Part shown: positions 1 to 9,851 of the stretch, in pieces
How the letters are laid out: each line of letters starts with the position of its first letter
Position numbering within the stretch: the stretch's first letter is position 1
Position numbers and translations under genes: made by a program
Notes under the pieces: generated by a model
The model's input: only the letters and a program-made list of their open reading frames with translations
Database searches by the model: none
Told to the model about the DNA's origin: nothing
DNA from: an uncultured Dehalococcoidales bacterium
Lineage (GTDB): Bacteria > Chloroflexota > Dehalococcoidia > GIF9 > AB-539-J10
Assembly (NCBI GenBank): GCA_964474965.1
Contig: CAYYUO010000001.1
Span: 1-50,738 of the forward strand
Length of the DNA: 50,738 nt
Direction: 5' to 3'

Positions 1-1
1 G

Positions 2-724
2 CTTAGCATTGCTGGCAACATCCAGCATGAGGAGGCGATGGATCAAATCGAGCCCTTGTTTAACAAATGGGCTGCCGAGAAGCTATCGACTGGCTATAGA
101 ACCGATGACAACCAAACAGAAGCCAGGTTGCGTATCGAGCCCAAAGGTATCGAGCAAGCGCATCTTTGCCTAGCTGTCCACGGCTTTTCCCAGTCCCACC
201 CGCAACGTTTTACCCTTGACTTGCTTAATATAGTACTTGGAGGCGGCATGAGCAGCCGCCTATTTACGGAGATACGAGAGCATAGGGGACTGGCCTACGA
301 CATCTACAGCTCTACTGACCACTTCCTTAACTCGGGGGCACTTACTATCTATGCCGGCGTTGACCCTAAGAAGGTGGAGATTGCTGTTGCAGCTATCCTC
401 AAAGAGTTATCCAAGATTAAACAGGAAATTACCACCAGTGAGCTTACCAGGGCCAAGGAATTATCAAAGGGTGGATTGTATTTACGGCTTGAGGATAGCC
501 GAAATGTAGCTTTATGGTACGGTAGCCAGGAAATATTAATGCGACAAATCCTGGATATAGACGATGTTATTTCTATTGTGGATGCCATGACCATAGATGA
601 ACTGAAAGAAGTGGCCAAGGAGATTCTAACCGATAGTGGGCTCAATCTAGCTGTAACAGGACCGATTAAGGAAGAAGAGTCTTATCGAGATAAACTTATT
701 AAAGTCTTTAAGACAATTGCTTAA
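2..724 (+). CDS. M16-family (pitrilysin-like) zinc peptidase, C-terminal half; 5'-truncated by window edge
   Basis: Frame of ORF 38..724 stays open back to nt 2 (LSIAGNIQHEEA-MDQ...). GGGMSSRLFTEIREHRGLAYDIYS and the following region resemble the Peptidase_M16_C core. Confidence 0.7.
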   Translation, partial: LSIAGNIQHEEAMDQIEPLFNKWAAEKLSTGYRTDDNQTEARLRIEPKGIEQAHLCLAVHGFSQSHPQRFTLDLLNIVLGGGMSSRLFTEIREHRGLAYDIYSSTDHFLNSGALTIYAGVDPKKVEIAVAAILKELSKIKQEITTSELTRAKELSKGGLYLRLEDSRNVALWYGSQEILMRQILDIDDVISIVDAMTIDELKEVAKEILTDSGLNLAVTGPIKEEESYRDKLIKVFKTIA

Positions 725-738
725 GCTCTAATATTATA

Positions 739-772
739 CAGAAAGAACCCCGACAAGTCGGGGTTCTTTCTG
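739..772. terminator. Bidirectional intrinsic terminator hairpin between convergent peptidase and groEL genes
   Basis: Perfect inverted repeat cAGAAAGAACCCCGAC-aa-GTCGGGGTTCTTTCTg (16 bp arms) in the 84-nt gap between the two stop codons. Confidence 0.7.
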
Positions 773-808
773 CTTCTGGTGAATTTAGTTGAATTCCAGC
801 CACAGAGG

Positions 809-2745
<1,937 letters not shown>

Positions 2746-2769
2746 ATTCCCTCCTTTCCTAGATTTACT

Positions 2770-2796
2770 TTAGCACTCTGCCCTTGAGATTGCTAA
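2770..2796 (-). promoter_or_regulatory. CIRCE operator (HrcA binding site) of groESL
   Basis: TTAGCACTC-N9-GATTGCTAA matches 17/18 positions of the CIRCE consensus TTAGCACTC-N9-GAGTGCTAA. It sits 24 nt upstream of the groES ATG and just downstream of the -10. Confidence 0.85.
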
Positions 2797-2803
2797 TTTT
2801 GTT

Positions 2804-2831
2804 ATTATATCAAGAAAAACCAAAAATGCAA
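2804..2831 (-). promoter_or_regulatory. Candidate sigma70-type groESL promoter
   Basis: Minus strand reads TTGCAT-16 nt-TATAAT immediately upstream of CIRCE (by-eye match). Confidence 0.6.
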
Positions 2832-2860
2832 GGGCTTTTACTAAAATTTGCCAAATTTTC

Positions 2861-2889
2861 TTGAAAATTTACACTAAAACGTGTATAAT
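2861..2889 (+). promoter_or_regulatory. Candidate sigma70-type promoter giving a leaderless XRE transcript
   Basis: TTGAAA-17 nt-TATAAT. The -10 ends 8 nt before the ATG at 2898, leaving no room for an SD. Confidence 0.6.
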
Positions 2890-2897
2890 TTTGAGAG

Positions 2898-3140
2898 ATG
2901 GACCGAGGAAAAAAGAGAAAACGACAATGGAGTAAAGAGGAGGTTCGGGCGCTGAGGCAACATCTGAACTTGACTCAGGCGAAGCTGGCTGAGGAATTAG
3001 GCACGCGGCAGCAAACGATCAGTGAATGGGAAAAGGGTATGTATCGGCCTCGCGGGGCATCGGCTACCTTGCTCAGCATAGTTGCTGAGCGTAGTGGCTT
3101 TACCTACAAAGCTGAAAGGAGGCATGATGAATCAAATTAA
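2898..3140 (+). CDS. XRE-family helix-turn-helix transcriptional regulator, 80 aa
   Basis: LNLTQAKLAEELGTRQQTISEWEKG is a typical HTH_XRE motif. Confidence 0.8.
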   Translation: MDRGKKRKRQWSKEEVRALRQHLNLTQAKLAEELGTRQQTISEWEKGMYRPRGASATLLSIVAERSGFTYKAERRHDESN

Positions 3141-3204
3141 GGTTGGCTGCTGCGGTTTTTCCAAGGGCAAGAGGAAATATTGTGAGCAATTCTCTAAGGT
3201 TTAA
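3124..3204 (+). pseudogene. 26-codon stub resembling the N-terminus of a DUF72-family protein
   Basis: MMNQIKVGCCGFSKGKRKYCEQFSKV* resembles the DUF72 N-terminal pattern (iGccGf....y...F..vE), from memory. Stops where VE-x-n-tFY would follow. Overlaps the XRE stop (ATGATGA). Confidence 0.4.
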
Positions 3205-3241
3205 ACAATTGATATAAAGTGACAGGTAATTTTTTTGTGCC

Positions 3242-4549
3242 ATGATTACACGTAATCGGATAAAATTCTCGGAAAAGCAAGCAGCTCTAATATGGCAACA
3301 AGTGGTGGGAAGGGAACTGACATCCTCGGAAGACGAGCTAGTCAGCGTAATCTATCCTGGAAGGGCTAATGATGATAACGGCCCCGATTTTCGGGACGCA
3401 GTTATTGTAAATAAATCTCATTTGACGAAAGGGGATGTAGAAGTTCACGTTAAATCCAGCGATTGGTATAGCCATAAGCATCATGTTGATGCTGAATATA
3501 ATAATGTCATCCTTCACGTTGTGATGTGGCATGATTGTCATTCAGCTACATTACTAAAAAGCGGCAAGCCAGTTCCCGTGCTATGTCTGGCGAAGGCACT
3601 GCGGCACCAAGCTTATTTGCTGCCCTACCAGCTCCCTTGTTTCCAGATACTGGACCACGTGAATAGGCAAACTTTGAGAAAGCTATTAAACGCTGCCGGT
3701 GAAGAAAGGTTTAAGCAGAAAGCGATGCATTTTCAAGCTGAGATAAAGCAAGAGGAGGCAGGGCAGGTGCTTTTCCGAGGCATGATGAGGGCCCTGGGTT
3801 ATGCTAAAAACACAAAGCCCTTTGAAGACCTTGCTGACAGAACGCCCCTCAATTCCATCGAATCCAGAGAAGGCTTGGCCCTAAAGCAAGCTTTGTTATT
3901 AGGCACAGCCGGGCTATTACCTTCTCAAAGATGGCAAGGGAAATTTACCAGGGGAAAAGAAGTCCAGGAATTGGAGCAAATATGGCAGTCGGTGGGTAAA
4001 AAAGTTAAAACAATGAAGGAAGGTGACTGGAACTTCTCACACATATACCCCAACAATTCTCCAGTGCGACGCATTATCGCCCAGAGCCACCTTCTTGAGC
4101 GTTACTGCGAGGGAAAACTGTTAGCAGGGATACTGCAGCTAGTGAAGGAAGCACCTCTGCCCGGTGGGCACCGCATGCTGGAGAACGGTTTGACCGTGGC
4201 TGGCGATGGCTACTGGCGGGACCATTTCGATTTTGACGTCAGAAGTAAAACAAAGATATCGGCTCTTTTGGGAAATAGCAAAGCAGGTGAAATTGCCGTA
4301 AACGTGATATTGCCCTTTGCTTTTTCCTGGGGAGAATTAGCTAATGAGGAGAAGCTAACAGAGCATGCTATAGAGCTTTACCGTAATTATCCCAAACTGG
4401 CTGAGAATTGCATAACGCAGCATATGAAAAAGCAGTTCGGCCTCAAGGAACCTTTCGATTTAACTGCCTGTTATCAGCAAGGGCTCATTCATATCTTCAG
4501 GAACTATTGCCGAGAGGGTAGCTGTAGCGAATGCCCCTTAGTCAATTAA
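3242..4549 (+). CDS. DUF2851-family protein, 435 aa
   Basis: PGRANDDNGPDFRDAVI...GDVEVHVKSSDWYSHKHHVDAEYNNVILHVV matches my recollection of the conserved DUF2851 N-terminal block. Length is typical for the family. Confidence 0.65.
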   Translation: MITRNRIKFSEKQAALIWQQVVGRELTSSEDELVSVIYPGRANDDNGPDFRDAVIVNKSHLTKGDVEVHVKSSDWYSHKHHVDAEYNNVILHVVMWHDCHSATLLKSGKPVPVLCLAKALRHQAYLLPYQLPCFQILDHVNRQTLRKLLNAAGEERFKQKAMHFQAEIKQEEAGQVLFRGMMRALGYAKNTKPFEDLADRTPLNSIESREGLALKQALLLGTAGLLPSQRWQGKFTRGKEVQELEQIWQSVGKKVKTMKEGDWNFSHIYPNNSPVRRIIAQSHLLERYCEGKLLAGILQLVKEAPLPGGHRMLENGLTVAGDGYWRDHFDFDVRSKTKISALLGNSKAGEIAVNVILPFAFSWGELANEEKLTEHAIELYRNYPKLAENCITQHMKKQFGLKEPFDLTACYQQGLIHIFRNYCREGSCSECPLVN

Positions 4550-4757
4550 GCATCCTCATGATAATTCCAGAATTCTGATAAATGTTATCGGTAAAAAGTG
4601 GGCACTTCTGGACTGAACAACCCGCTATATCGTGCAATGCCAATGTATTCGACTGGAATTTAGAGATACAGGGCAAAAATCAGTGAATCGAGTATTCATC
4701 AAGGTTTGTCAATGACTTATGCTCTCGCTCGTGGCGAAGCTGGAACATTCCAAATGA

Positions 4758-5063
4758 CTATCTATCGAGCCTTTGCGTTGATAATGCTCTCGCAGGTAAT
4801 GTGATATTTTCTCGGCGAGGGCTGAGAGCGCCTCTAACCATCAACCCGTCCACGGGACAGCTTTTCAGACTGGTAACGCTGAATATGCGCTCGGGCTTCA
4901 GTCCGGTCAGTGTTATTTTCCCAAGGGCTGGCATAAGGTGACGGCGGACTATTAGCTCGTATCCTTCGGCAGTCCTGGGGGTAAGGTTAGCCGAAGCGTA
5001 TCCTCTAAGCCACCTCTCCAAATCTTCTGCCGGGGTAACCTTACCAGGTTTAATGAAAGTCCA
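4758..5063 (-). pseudogene. Fragment of a tyrosine recombinase/phage integrase (N-terminal SAM-like domain only)
   Basis: ...KPGKVTPAEDLERWLRGYASANLTPRTAEGYELIVRRHLMPALGKITLTGLKPERI... resembles the integrase core-binding domain. No ATG, no catalytic domain. Double stop (5064-5069) upstream and degenerate remnants possibly down to ~4560. Confidence 0.55.
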
Positions 5064-5077
5064 TTATCAAGCTGGTT

Positions 5078-5407
5078 CAGCAGCAATCGTAGTCTGCCTT
5101 ACCGAGTACTTCAATAAACTCGATCTCTCGATGGCGTAGTCATACCGGCTTATTTCAAGCGTACTTTACTAAGTGAAGTTACTTACAGAATGGCTTTTAA
5201 ATTAAGTCTTTTCAGCAGTCAAAAATAAGCTCTGAATCAGATGGCAAGTATCAGGCAAGGTGATAAGCTAGAAACAAAGACAGAGCTGGCCTTGAGATTT
5301 TTCAGTGCAGCTCATGTCAATAAAGGAGGCAAAGAGAATGGCAACGAGGGGATATTTTATGATCACTGTGGAGGAGGAGTTCTACCGAAATTATTATCAG
5401 GATGTGC
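5078..5407 (+). repeat. Copy A of a 330-bp dispersed direct repeat (partner 17887..18216)
   Basis: 5078-5274 is identical base for base to 17887-18083 (197 bp, checked by hand). 5275-5407 is ~85% identical and covers the SD and first 23 codons of the RAM-domain gene. Confidence 0.95.
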
Positions 5408-5745
5408 TGAGAGACCTGAAAGCCGTGCCTGAGGTAGATTCCATCGAGCGAATCAGCGGTACATACAACCTCTTAGTGAAGGTTACAGCTCCTATGAGGG
5501 TAATCTTCGTCGCTAACAAAATACTACCCAACAAATGGGTCAAACAGTTCTACATCCTCAAGGTTGAGCCTTTCAAACCCCACGATTACGAAGGGCTCAC
5601 TGGTGATGAGCTTGCAAGGCTTGAAGAGTTAATTCCCCAGTCCTTGGGTGGTTATGGAGGGCTCACTGTTGAGGAGCGTTTAAGGATTAAAAGATTAATT
5701 CACGAGTCGCGGGGTAGTCACGGAGCTGCCGGTATACCGCCTTGA
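5338..5745 (+). CDS. Stand-alone Lrp/AsnC ligand-binding (RAM) domain protein with C-terminal extension, 135 aa
   Basis: MATRGYFMITVEEE...VLRDLKAVPEVDSIERISGTYNLLVKV fits the AsnC_trans_reg/RAM pattern and has no HTH. SD AGGAGG lies 8 nt upstream, so the start is moved from the track GTG at 5305. The tail has two GLTxxExxRxxxLI motifs. Confidence 0.7.
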   Translation: MATRGYFMITVEEEFYRNYYQDVLRDLKAVPEVDSIERISGTYNLLVKVTAPMRVIFVANKILPNKWVKQFYILKVEPFKPHDYEGLTGDELARLEELIPQSLGGYGGLTVEERLRIKRLIHESRGSHGAAGIPP

Positions 5746-5773
5746 ATATTGCAATAGGAAAGGAGGTGAAAAA

Positions 5774-6067
5774 ATGGCAACGAAGCGTTACTTGATGATC
5801 AACATGACCGAGGAAGCTTGCAAAAGTGGTTATCGGGATGTGTTGAGAGACCTGATAACTATACCCGAGGTGCAGTCCATTGAGCAGCTGGATGGTGTTT
5901 TCGACCTTATAGTGCAGGTCGAATGCCCTGCCACAGTGGGATATGCAGCAGCTGACGATCTTCTGGCCAAGGGGTGGGTGAAACGCTTGCAGGTTCTGCA
6001 GGTTGAGCCCACTGAGCCTAGTGAAATTATAAGGCCCACAGTGCTAGAGCTGACAAAAAGAGCTTAG
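5774..6067 (+). CDS. Stand-alone Lrp/AsnC ligand-binding (RAM) domain protein, 97 aa (paralogue of 5338..5745)
   Basis: MATKRYLMINMTEE...VLRDLITIPEVQSIEQLDGVFDLIVQV. SD AGGAGG upstream. Confidence 0.7.
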   Translation: MATKRYLMINMTEEACKSGYRDVLRDLITIPEVQSIEQLDGVFDLIVQVECPATVGYAAADDLLAKGWVKRLQVLQVEPTEPSEIIRPTVLELTKRA

Positions 6068-6121
6068 TCAAGCTATTGTGGCAGCTCCATAGCTATAGAA
6101 ATTTTTGTCAGGGAGCTTAAT

Positions 6122-7270
6122 ATGATAGTGAAGACTCCTTACAGAGAAGCAGTAGACGTCCTGGTGGACGAAGGTGGGGAAACCCTCCAGTTATGTTACC
6201 AGTGTGCCTCTTGTACCGGTAGTTGTCCTTGGGGTTTGGTGAGAGATTTCGCTATACATAAAGTAATTCATGAAGCGCAATTGGGTGTAGTTGATTTTGA
6301 GGATGAAGGCATCTGGCTCTGTGTTGCCTGCGGGGCTTGTGTTAACCAGTGTCCCCGGGGTGTGAAGTTAATAGATGTAGTAAAGGCCATACGTAGAACT
6401 GTGATGGAGCTGGGTGTAGGTAAGATGCCTAGTTCACTACGAGTCGCACTGACAAGCATTGCCGGAGTAGGCAATCCAATGGGCGAGGCAAAGGAAAAAC
6501 GAGCAGATTGGGCCAAAGACATGGACGTAAAGACGTTCACTAAGGGTACGGATTTGCTGTATTTTCCCTGCTGCCTGCCTTGCTACGATCCTCTCTTAAA
6601 GGGTATAGCTGGGGCAACCGCTGCTATCCTAAACAAAGCAGGTATAGACTTTGGTATCCTGGGCGCCAACGAAACCTGTTGCGGAGAGGCAATCCGTAAA
6701 GCGGGAAACGAAAGCCTGTTCCAGAGTCTAGCCCAAAAGAACATTACTACTTTCAGCGAAAACTCAGTTAAGAAAGTTCTCGTCAGTTCCCCTCACTGTT
6801 ATCATACTTTTAAACACGAATACCCCGATCTTGGAAGCGACTTTGAGGTAATCCATTCTACTCAGTATTTATTACAGCTTATCAAGGACCACAAGCTGGA
6901 GTTCACTAAAGAGCTAAATATAAAAGTCGTTTATCACGATTCATGCTACCTTGGGCGTCACAACGGCATATATGACGAGCCCCGAGAAGTCTTAAGGAGT
7001 ATCCCGGGGCTGGAGCTGATTGAGTTTCCAGACTACAGGGAGGATAGCATCTGTTGCGGCGGAGGGTCAGGCAGGCTCTGGGTTGATACAGAGAAGGGAC
7101 AAAGATTCTCCGACATCAGGCTGAAACAGGCTATAGATTTAGGAGTTGAAGTACTGGCTGTTGCCTGCCCCTATTGTATGTCTATGTTCAAGGATAGCCA
7201 GTTAACGGTGGATGGAGGCGAGACTGTTGCAGTTAAAGACATCGCAGAATTAGTCAAGGAGGCGATGTAA
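6122..7270 (+). CDS. HdrD-like / fused HdrC-HdrB Fe-S protein (2x[4Fe-4S] + two CCG domains), 382 aa
   Basis: CYQCASCTGSCP and CVACGACVNQCP ferredoxin motifs, then CCG-type Cys motifs (FPCCLPCY, ETCCGE, DSCY, SICCGGG, CPYC). Confidence 0.8.
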   Translation: MIVKTPYREAVDVLVDEGGETLQLCYQCASCTGSCPWGLVRDFAIHKVIHEAQLGVVDFEDEGIWLCVACGACVNQCPRGVKLIDVVKAIRRTVMELGVGKMPSSLRVALTSIAGVGNPMGEAKEKRADWAKDMDVKTFTKGTDLLYFPCCLPCYDPLLKGIAGATAAILNKAGIDFGILGANETCCGEAIRKAGNESLFQSLAQKNITTFSENSVKKVLVSSPHCYHTFKHEYPDLGSDFEVIHSTQYLLQLIKDHKLEFTKELNIKVVYHDSCYLGRHNGIYDEPREVLRSIPGLELIEFPDYREDSICCGGGSGRLWVDTEKGQRFSDIRLKQAIDLGVEVLAVACPYCMSMFKDSQLTVDGGETVAVKDIAELVKEAM

Positions 7271-7286
7271 CTATAAGGAGATAGAT

Positions 7287-9284
7287 ATGGGCAGAAATGG
7301 ACATAGGAGAATTGGAGTCTATATTTGCCATTGCGGGTTAAATATCGCCGGCACGGTGGATGTAGAAGAAGTAGCTGAATATGCCGCCAGTCTGGACTCA
7401 GTAGTGGTGTCCCGTCATTATAGATATATGTGTTCCGATCCAGGGCAAGCGCTGATCAAGGAAGATATCAAGAACCTAGGCCTTAACCGGATAGTTGTCG
7501 CTTCTTGTTCACCAAGAATGCATGAGCTAACCTTCCGCCAAGTTTGCCAGGATAGTGGGCTAAACCCCTACCTATATGAACAAGCGAACATTCGGGAACT
7601 CTGCTCCTGGGTTCATGACGATAAAAAGATAGCTACCGAGAAAGCAAAAGACATAGTAAGGGCTGCAGTGAGACGGGTTTGCTGGAACGAGCCGCTGGAG
7701 GTTAAGGAAGCGACGTTTAACTCCAATGTTTTGGTAGTGGGTGGTGGCATCGCTGGTATACAGGCATCTTTAGATATTGCTAATGGTGAGCATAAAGTCT
7801 ACTTAGTGGAGAGAGAGCCCTCCATCGGCGGGCACATGATTCAGCTTGATAGAACCTTCCCTACTCTGGATTGCTCTGAATGCATCCTTACCCCCAAGAT
7901 GGCTGATGTAGGGCGGCATCCTTTTATTGAGCTTCTAGCCTACAGTGAAGTAGAGGAAGTATCAGGCTCTATAGGCCATTTTAAGGTAATAGTCAGGAAG
8001 AAAGCGCGGCATATAGACGAGAGCAAGTGTATCGGCTGTGGTGTATGTGAGGAAAAATGCCCGTGGAAGGTGGATAGTGAGTTTGAGATGGGCTTAGCAA
8101 AGAGAAAGACAATTTACATCCCATTTGCTCAAGCTATACCCAATCTGCCGACAGTAGATGCAGACCACTGTGCTTATATTCAATCAGGGGGCAGGAAATG
8201 TGGAGCCTGTATAAAGTTCTGTGAAGCAGGAGCTATAACTCCGGAGACTCTTCTTAATCAGACTGACCAAATTGTTGAGTTCGAGGTGGGCTCAATCATC
8301 GTGACTACCGGCTATGATGTCTTTGACCCCAGCGTGATGCCCCGATATGGATATGGTAAGTATGACAATGTGATAACTGGGCTGGAATTTGAGAGGATAA
8401 CCTGTGCCGCGGGTCCAACCGGCGGTAGAATTGTGCTTAAGGATGGTCGAGAGCCAGAAAGTGTGGCTATCATACACTGCGTCGGTAGTCGTGACCAGAA
8501 CTATCACGAGTATTGCTCACGTGTTTGTTGTATGTATGGGCTCAAATATGCCCATCTGATAAAAGAATTTACCAATGCTGAAGTTTATGAGATGTACATT
8601 GATATGCGTTGTTTTGGAGAAGGCTACGAGGAATTCTACAAGCGTGTTTCTGAAGAGGGAGTTACTTTTATAAGGGGAAAAGTGGCTAAGGTCACTGACC
8701 GCGCCATAACTGAGGAGGAAAAGGGGAAGTTGATCGTGTTGTGTGCGGATACTGTGCTGGGGAGCCTGATACGGGTTCCTGTAGACATGGTTATACTGTG
8801 CACAGCCCTGGAGGCACATTCAGATGCAGGGCAAGTCGCCAAGATCTTTACTCTCAACCGAAGGGCAGACGGCTTCTTCTTAGAGCGGCATGTTAAGCTC
8901 GACCCGGTAGCTACGCCAACCGATGGAGTCTTTATTGCTGGCTGCTGTGAAGGTCCAAAGGATATTCCTGATACTGTTGCTCAAGCGTCGGCAGCAGCAG
9001 CCAAAGTACTGTCGCTGATAAGTAAAGGTAAAATTACGCTTGAATCTGCCGTAGCGCAGGTAGATGAAACACGCTGTCTGGGCTGTGGACGGTGCGAAGA
9101 AATATGCGATTTTCATGCTCCCAGGGTCATTCATACAGACGGGCGCTGGGTTTCCACTATAAATGAGACCTTGTGTAAGGGCTGTGGCGCCTGTGCTGTT
9201 GCTTGCCCAACAGGTGCTATGTCAATCCGGCATTTCACTCAGGAGCAGATACTCAGCATGGTCGAGGCTTTAACGGAGGTATAA
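7287..9284 (+). CDS. hdrA: Heterodisulfide reductase subunit A-like flavoprotein, 665 aa
   Basis: N-terminal IGVYICHCGLNIAG domain, VVGGGIAGIQASLD FAD fold, LDCSECILTPKM, VGSRD...YCSRVCCMY and C-terminal 2x CxxCxxCxxxCP. Confidence 0.88.
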   Translation: MGRNGHRRIGVYICHCGLNIAGTVDVEEVAEYAASLDSVVVSRHYRYMCSDPGQALIKEDIKNLGLNRIVVASCSPRMHELTFRQVCQDSGLNPYLYEQANIRELCSWVHDDKKIATEKAKDIVRAAVRRVCWNEPLEVKEATFNSNVLVVGGGIAGIQASLDIANGEHKVYLVEREPSIGGHMIQLDRTFPTLDCSECILTPKMADVGRHPFIELLAYSEVEEVSGSIGHFKVIVRKKARHIDESKCIGCGVCEEKCPWKVDSEFEMGLAKRKTIYIPFAQAIPNLPTVDADHCAYIQSGGRKCGACIKFCEAGAITPETLLNQTDQIVEFEVGSIIVTTGYDVFDPSVMPRYGYGKYDNVITGLEFERITCAAGPTGGRIVLKDGREPESVAIIHCVGSRDQNYHEYCSRVCCMYGLKYAHLIKEFTNAEVYEMYIDMRCFGEGYEEFYKRVSEEGVTFIRGKVAKVTDRAITEEEKGKLIVLCADTVLGSLIRVPVDMVILCTALEAHSDAGQVAKIFTLNRRADGFFLERHVKLDPVATPTDGVFIAGCCEGPKDIPDTVAQASAAAAKVLSLISKGKITLESAVAQVDETRCLGCGRCEEICDFHAPRVIHTDGRWVSTINETLCKGCGACAVACPTGAMSIRHFTQEQILSMVEALTEV

Positions 9285-9285
9285 G

Positions 9286-9750
9286 ATGAATAAGTTTGAA
9301 CCTCAAATTATAGCTTTTGCCTGCAATTGGTGCACTTATGCCGCAGCTGATCTCGCTGGAACAAGTCGCATCCACTATGCACCAAATGTGCGGGTAATAA
9401 GGGTTATGTGCAGCGGGATGGTAAACCCTATATATGCCCTCAAAGCCTTCGAGGGAGGTGCTGATGGGGTTTTGATTGCTGGTTGTCATTATGTAGACTG
9501 CCATTATCTCAACGGTCCAGTGAAATGCGATGCAATGTTTGAAAAATTGAAGAATGTGGTTCATACCCTTGGCCTAGAGGATGAGCGGTTGAGGCGTGAG
9601 ATGATATCTGCCTCCGAGGGGGTAATATTTGCCCGAGTAATTGAAGAGATGGTTGACCGGCTTAAAAAGCTAGGCCCCTCACCTCTCAAAAGGGCGAGAG
9701 AGGAGGCACCCTCACTTCTCAAAAGGGCGAGAGAGGAGGCAACAGTATGA
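9286..9750 (+). CDS. mvhD: MvhD/FlpD-type (methyl-viologen-reducing hydrogenase delta-like) 2Fe-2S protein, 154 aa
   Basis: IIAFACNWCTYAAADLAG...VMCSGMVNP...GADGVLIAGCH..DCHY matches the FlpD/MvhD family. Start is 2 nt after the hdrA stop. Confidence 0.85.
   Translation: MNKFEPQIIAFACNWCTYAAADLAGTSRIHYAPNVRVIRVMCSGMVNPIYALKAFEGGADGVLIAGCHYVDCHYLNGPVKCDAMFEKLKNVVHTLGLEDERLRREMISASEGVIFARVIEEMVDRLKKLGPSPLKRAREEAPSLLKRAREEATV
9676..9741 (+). repeat. 2 x 33-bp in-frame tandem repeat at the mvhD 3' end
   Basis: ccctcacCtctcaaaagggcgagagaggaggca / ccctcacTtctcaaaagggcgagagaggaggca, one mismatch. Encodes PSPLKRAREEA-PSLLKRAREEA. Confidence 0.95.
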
Positions 9751-9851
9751 ACTTGGATGACATCATCAAGGAATCTGTCAGTAAGCTGAAACAATTAGGC
9801 CCATCGCCTTTCGGAAACGTCAAAAATAAAGTCGCACAGGTGGCAATATGA
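9747..9851 (+). CDS. 34-codon micro-ORF echoing the MvhD C-terminal helix (MNLDDIIKESVSKLKQLGPSPFGNVKNKVAQVAI)
   Basis: ATGA overlap with the mvhD stop (9747-9750), and its TGA overlaps the next gene's ATG (9848-9851). SD AGGAGG lies 7 nt upstream. IIKESVSKLKQLGPSP parallels MvhD VIEEMVDRLKKLGPSP. Confidence 0.4.
   Translation: MNLDDIIKESVSKLKQLGPSPFGNVKNKVAQVAI

Noticed and set aside
4568-4577. 10-bp palindrome CAGAATTCTG just after the DUF2851 stop as a terminator or att site
   Set aside because: It has no loop and no T-tract, and it does not recur at the other putative island boundary.
5064-5165. Reading the integrase-like frame onward into the 197-bp repeat (…STLEISRYDYAIERSSLLKYSVRQTTIAAEPA**)
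   Set aside because: The frame continuity is interrupted by a double stop exactly at the repeat boundary. The upstream peptide has no convincing integrase arm-domain features, so the in-frame relation is treated as coincidental.
5242-5258. TGGCA...-containing segment (TGGCAAGTATCAGGCA) in the shared repeat as a sigma54 -24/-12 promoter
   Set aside because: The -12 element (TTGCW) is not matched (AGGCA), and no enhancer-binding protein is encoded nearby.
5241-5432. ORF MASIRQGDKLE... and its twin at 18050..18259, present in both repeat copies
   Set aside because: It reads in a frame overlapping the well-supported RAM-domain gene and has no RBS. It differs between copies mostly by non-conservative changes. 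Its presence in both copies is simply due to the DNA duplication.
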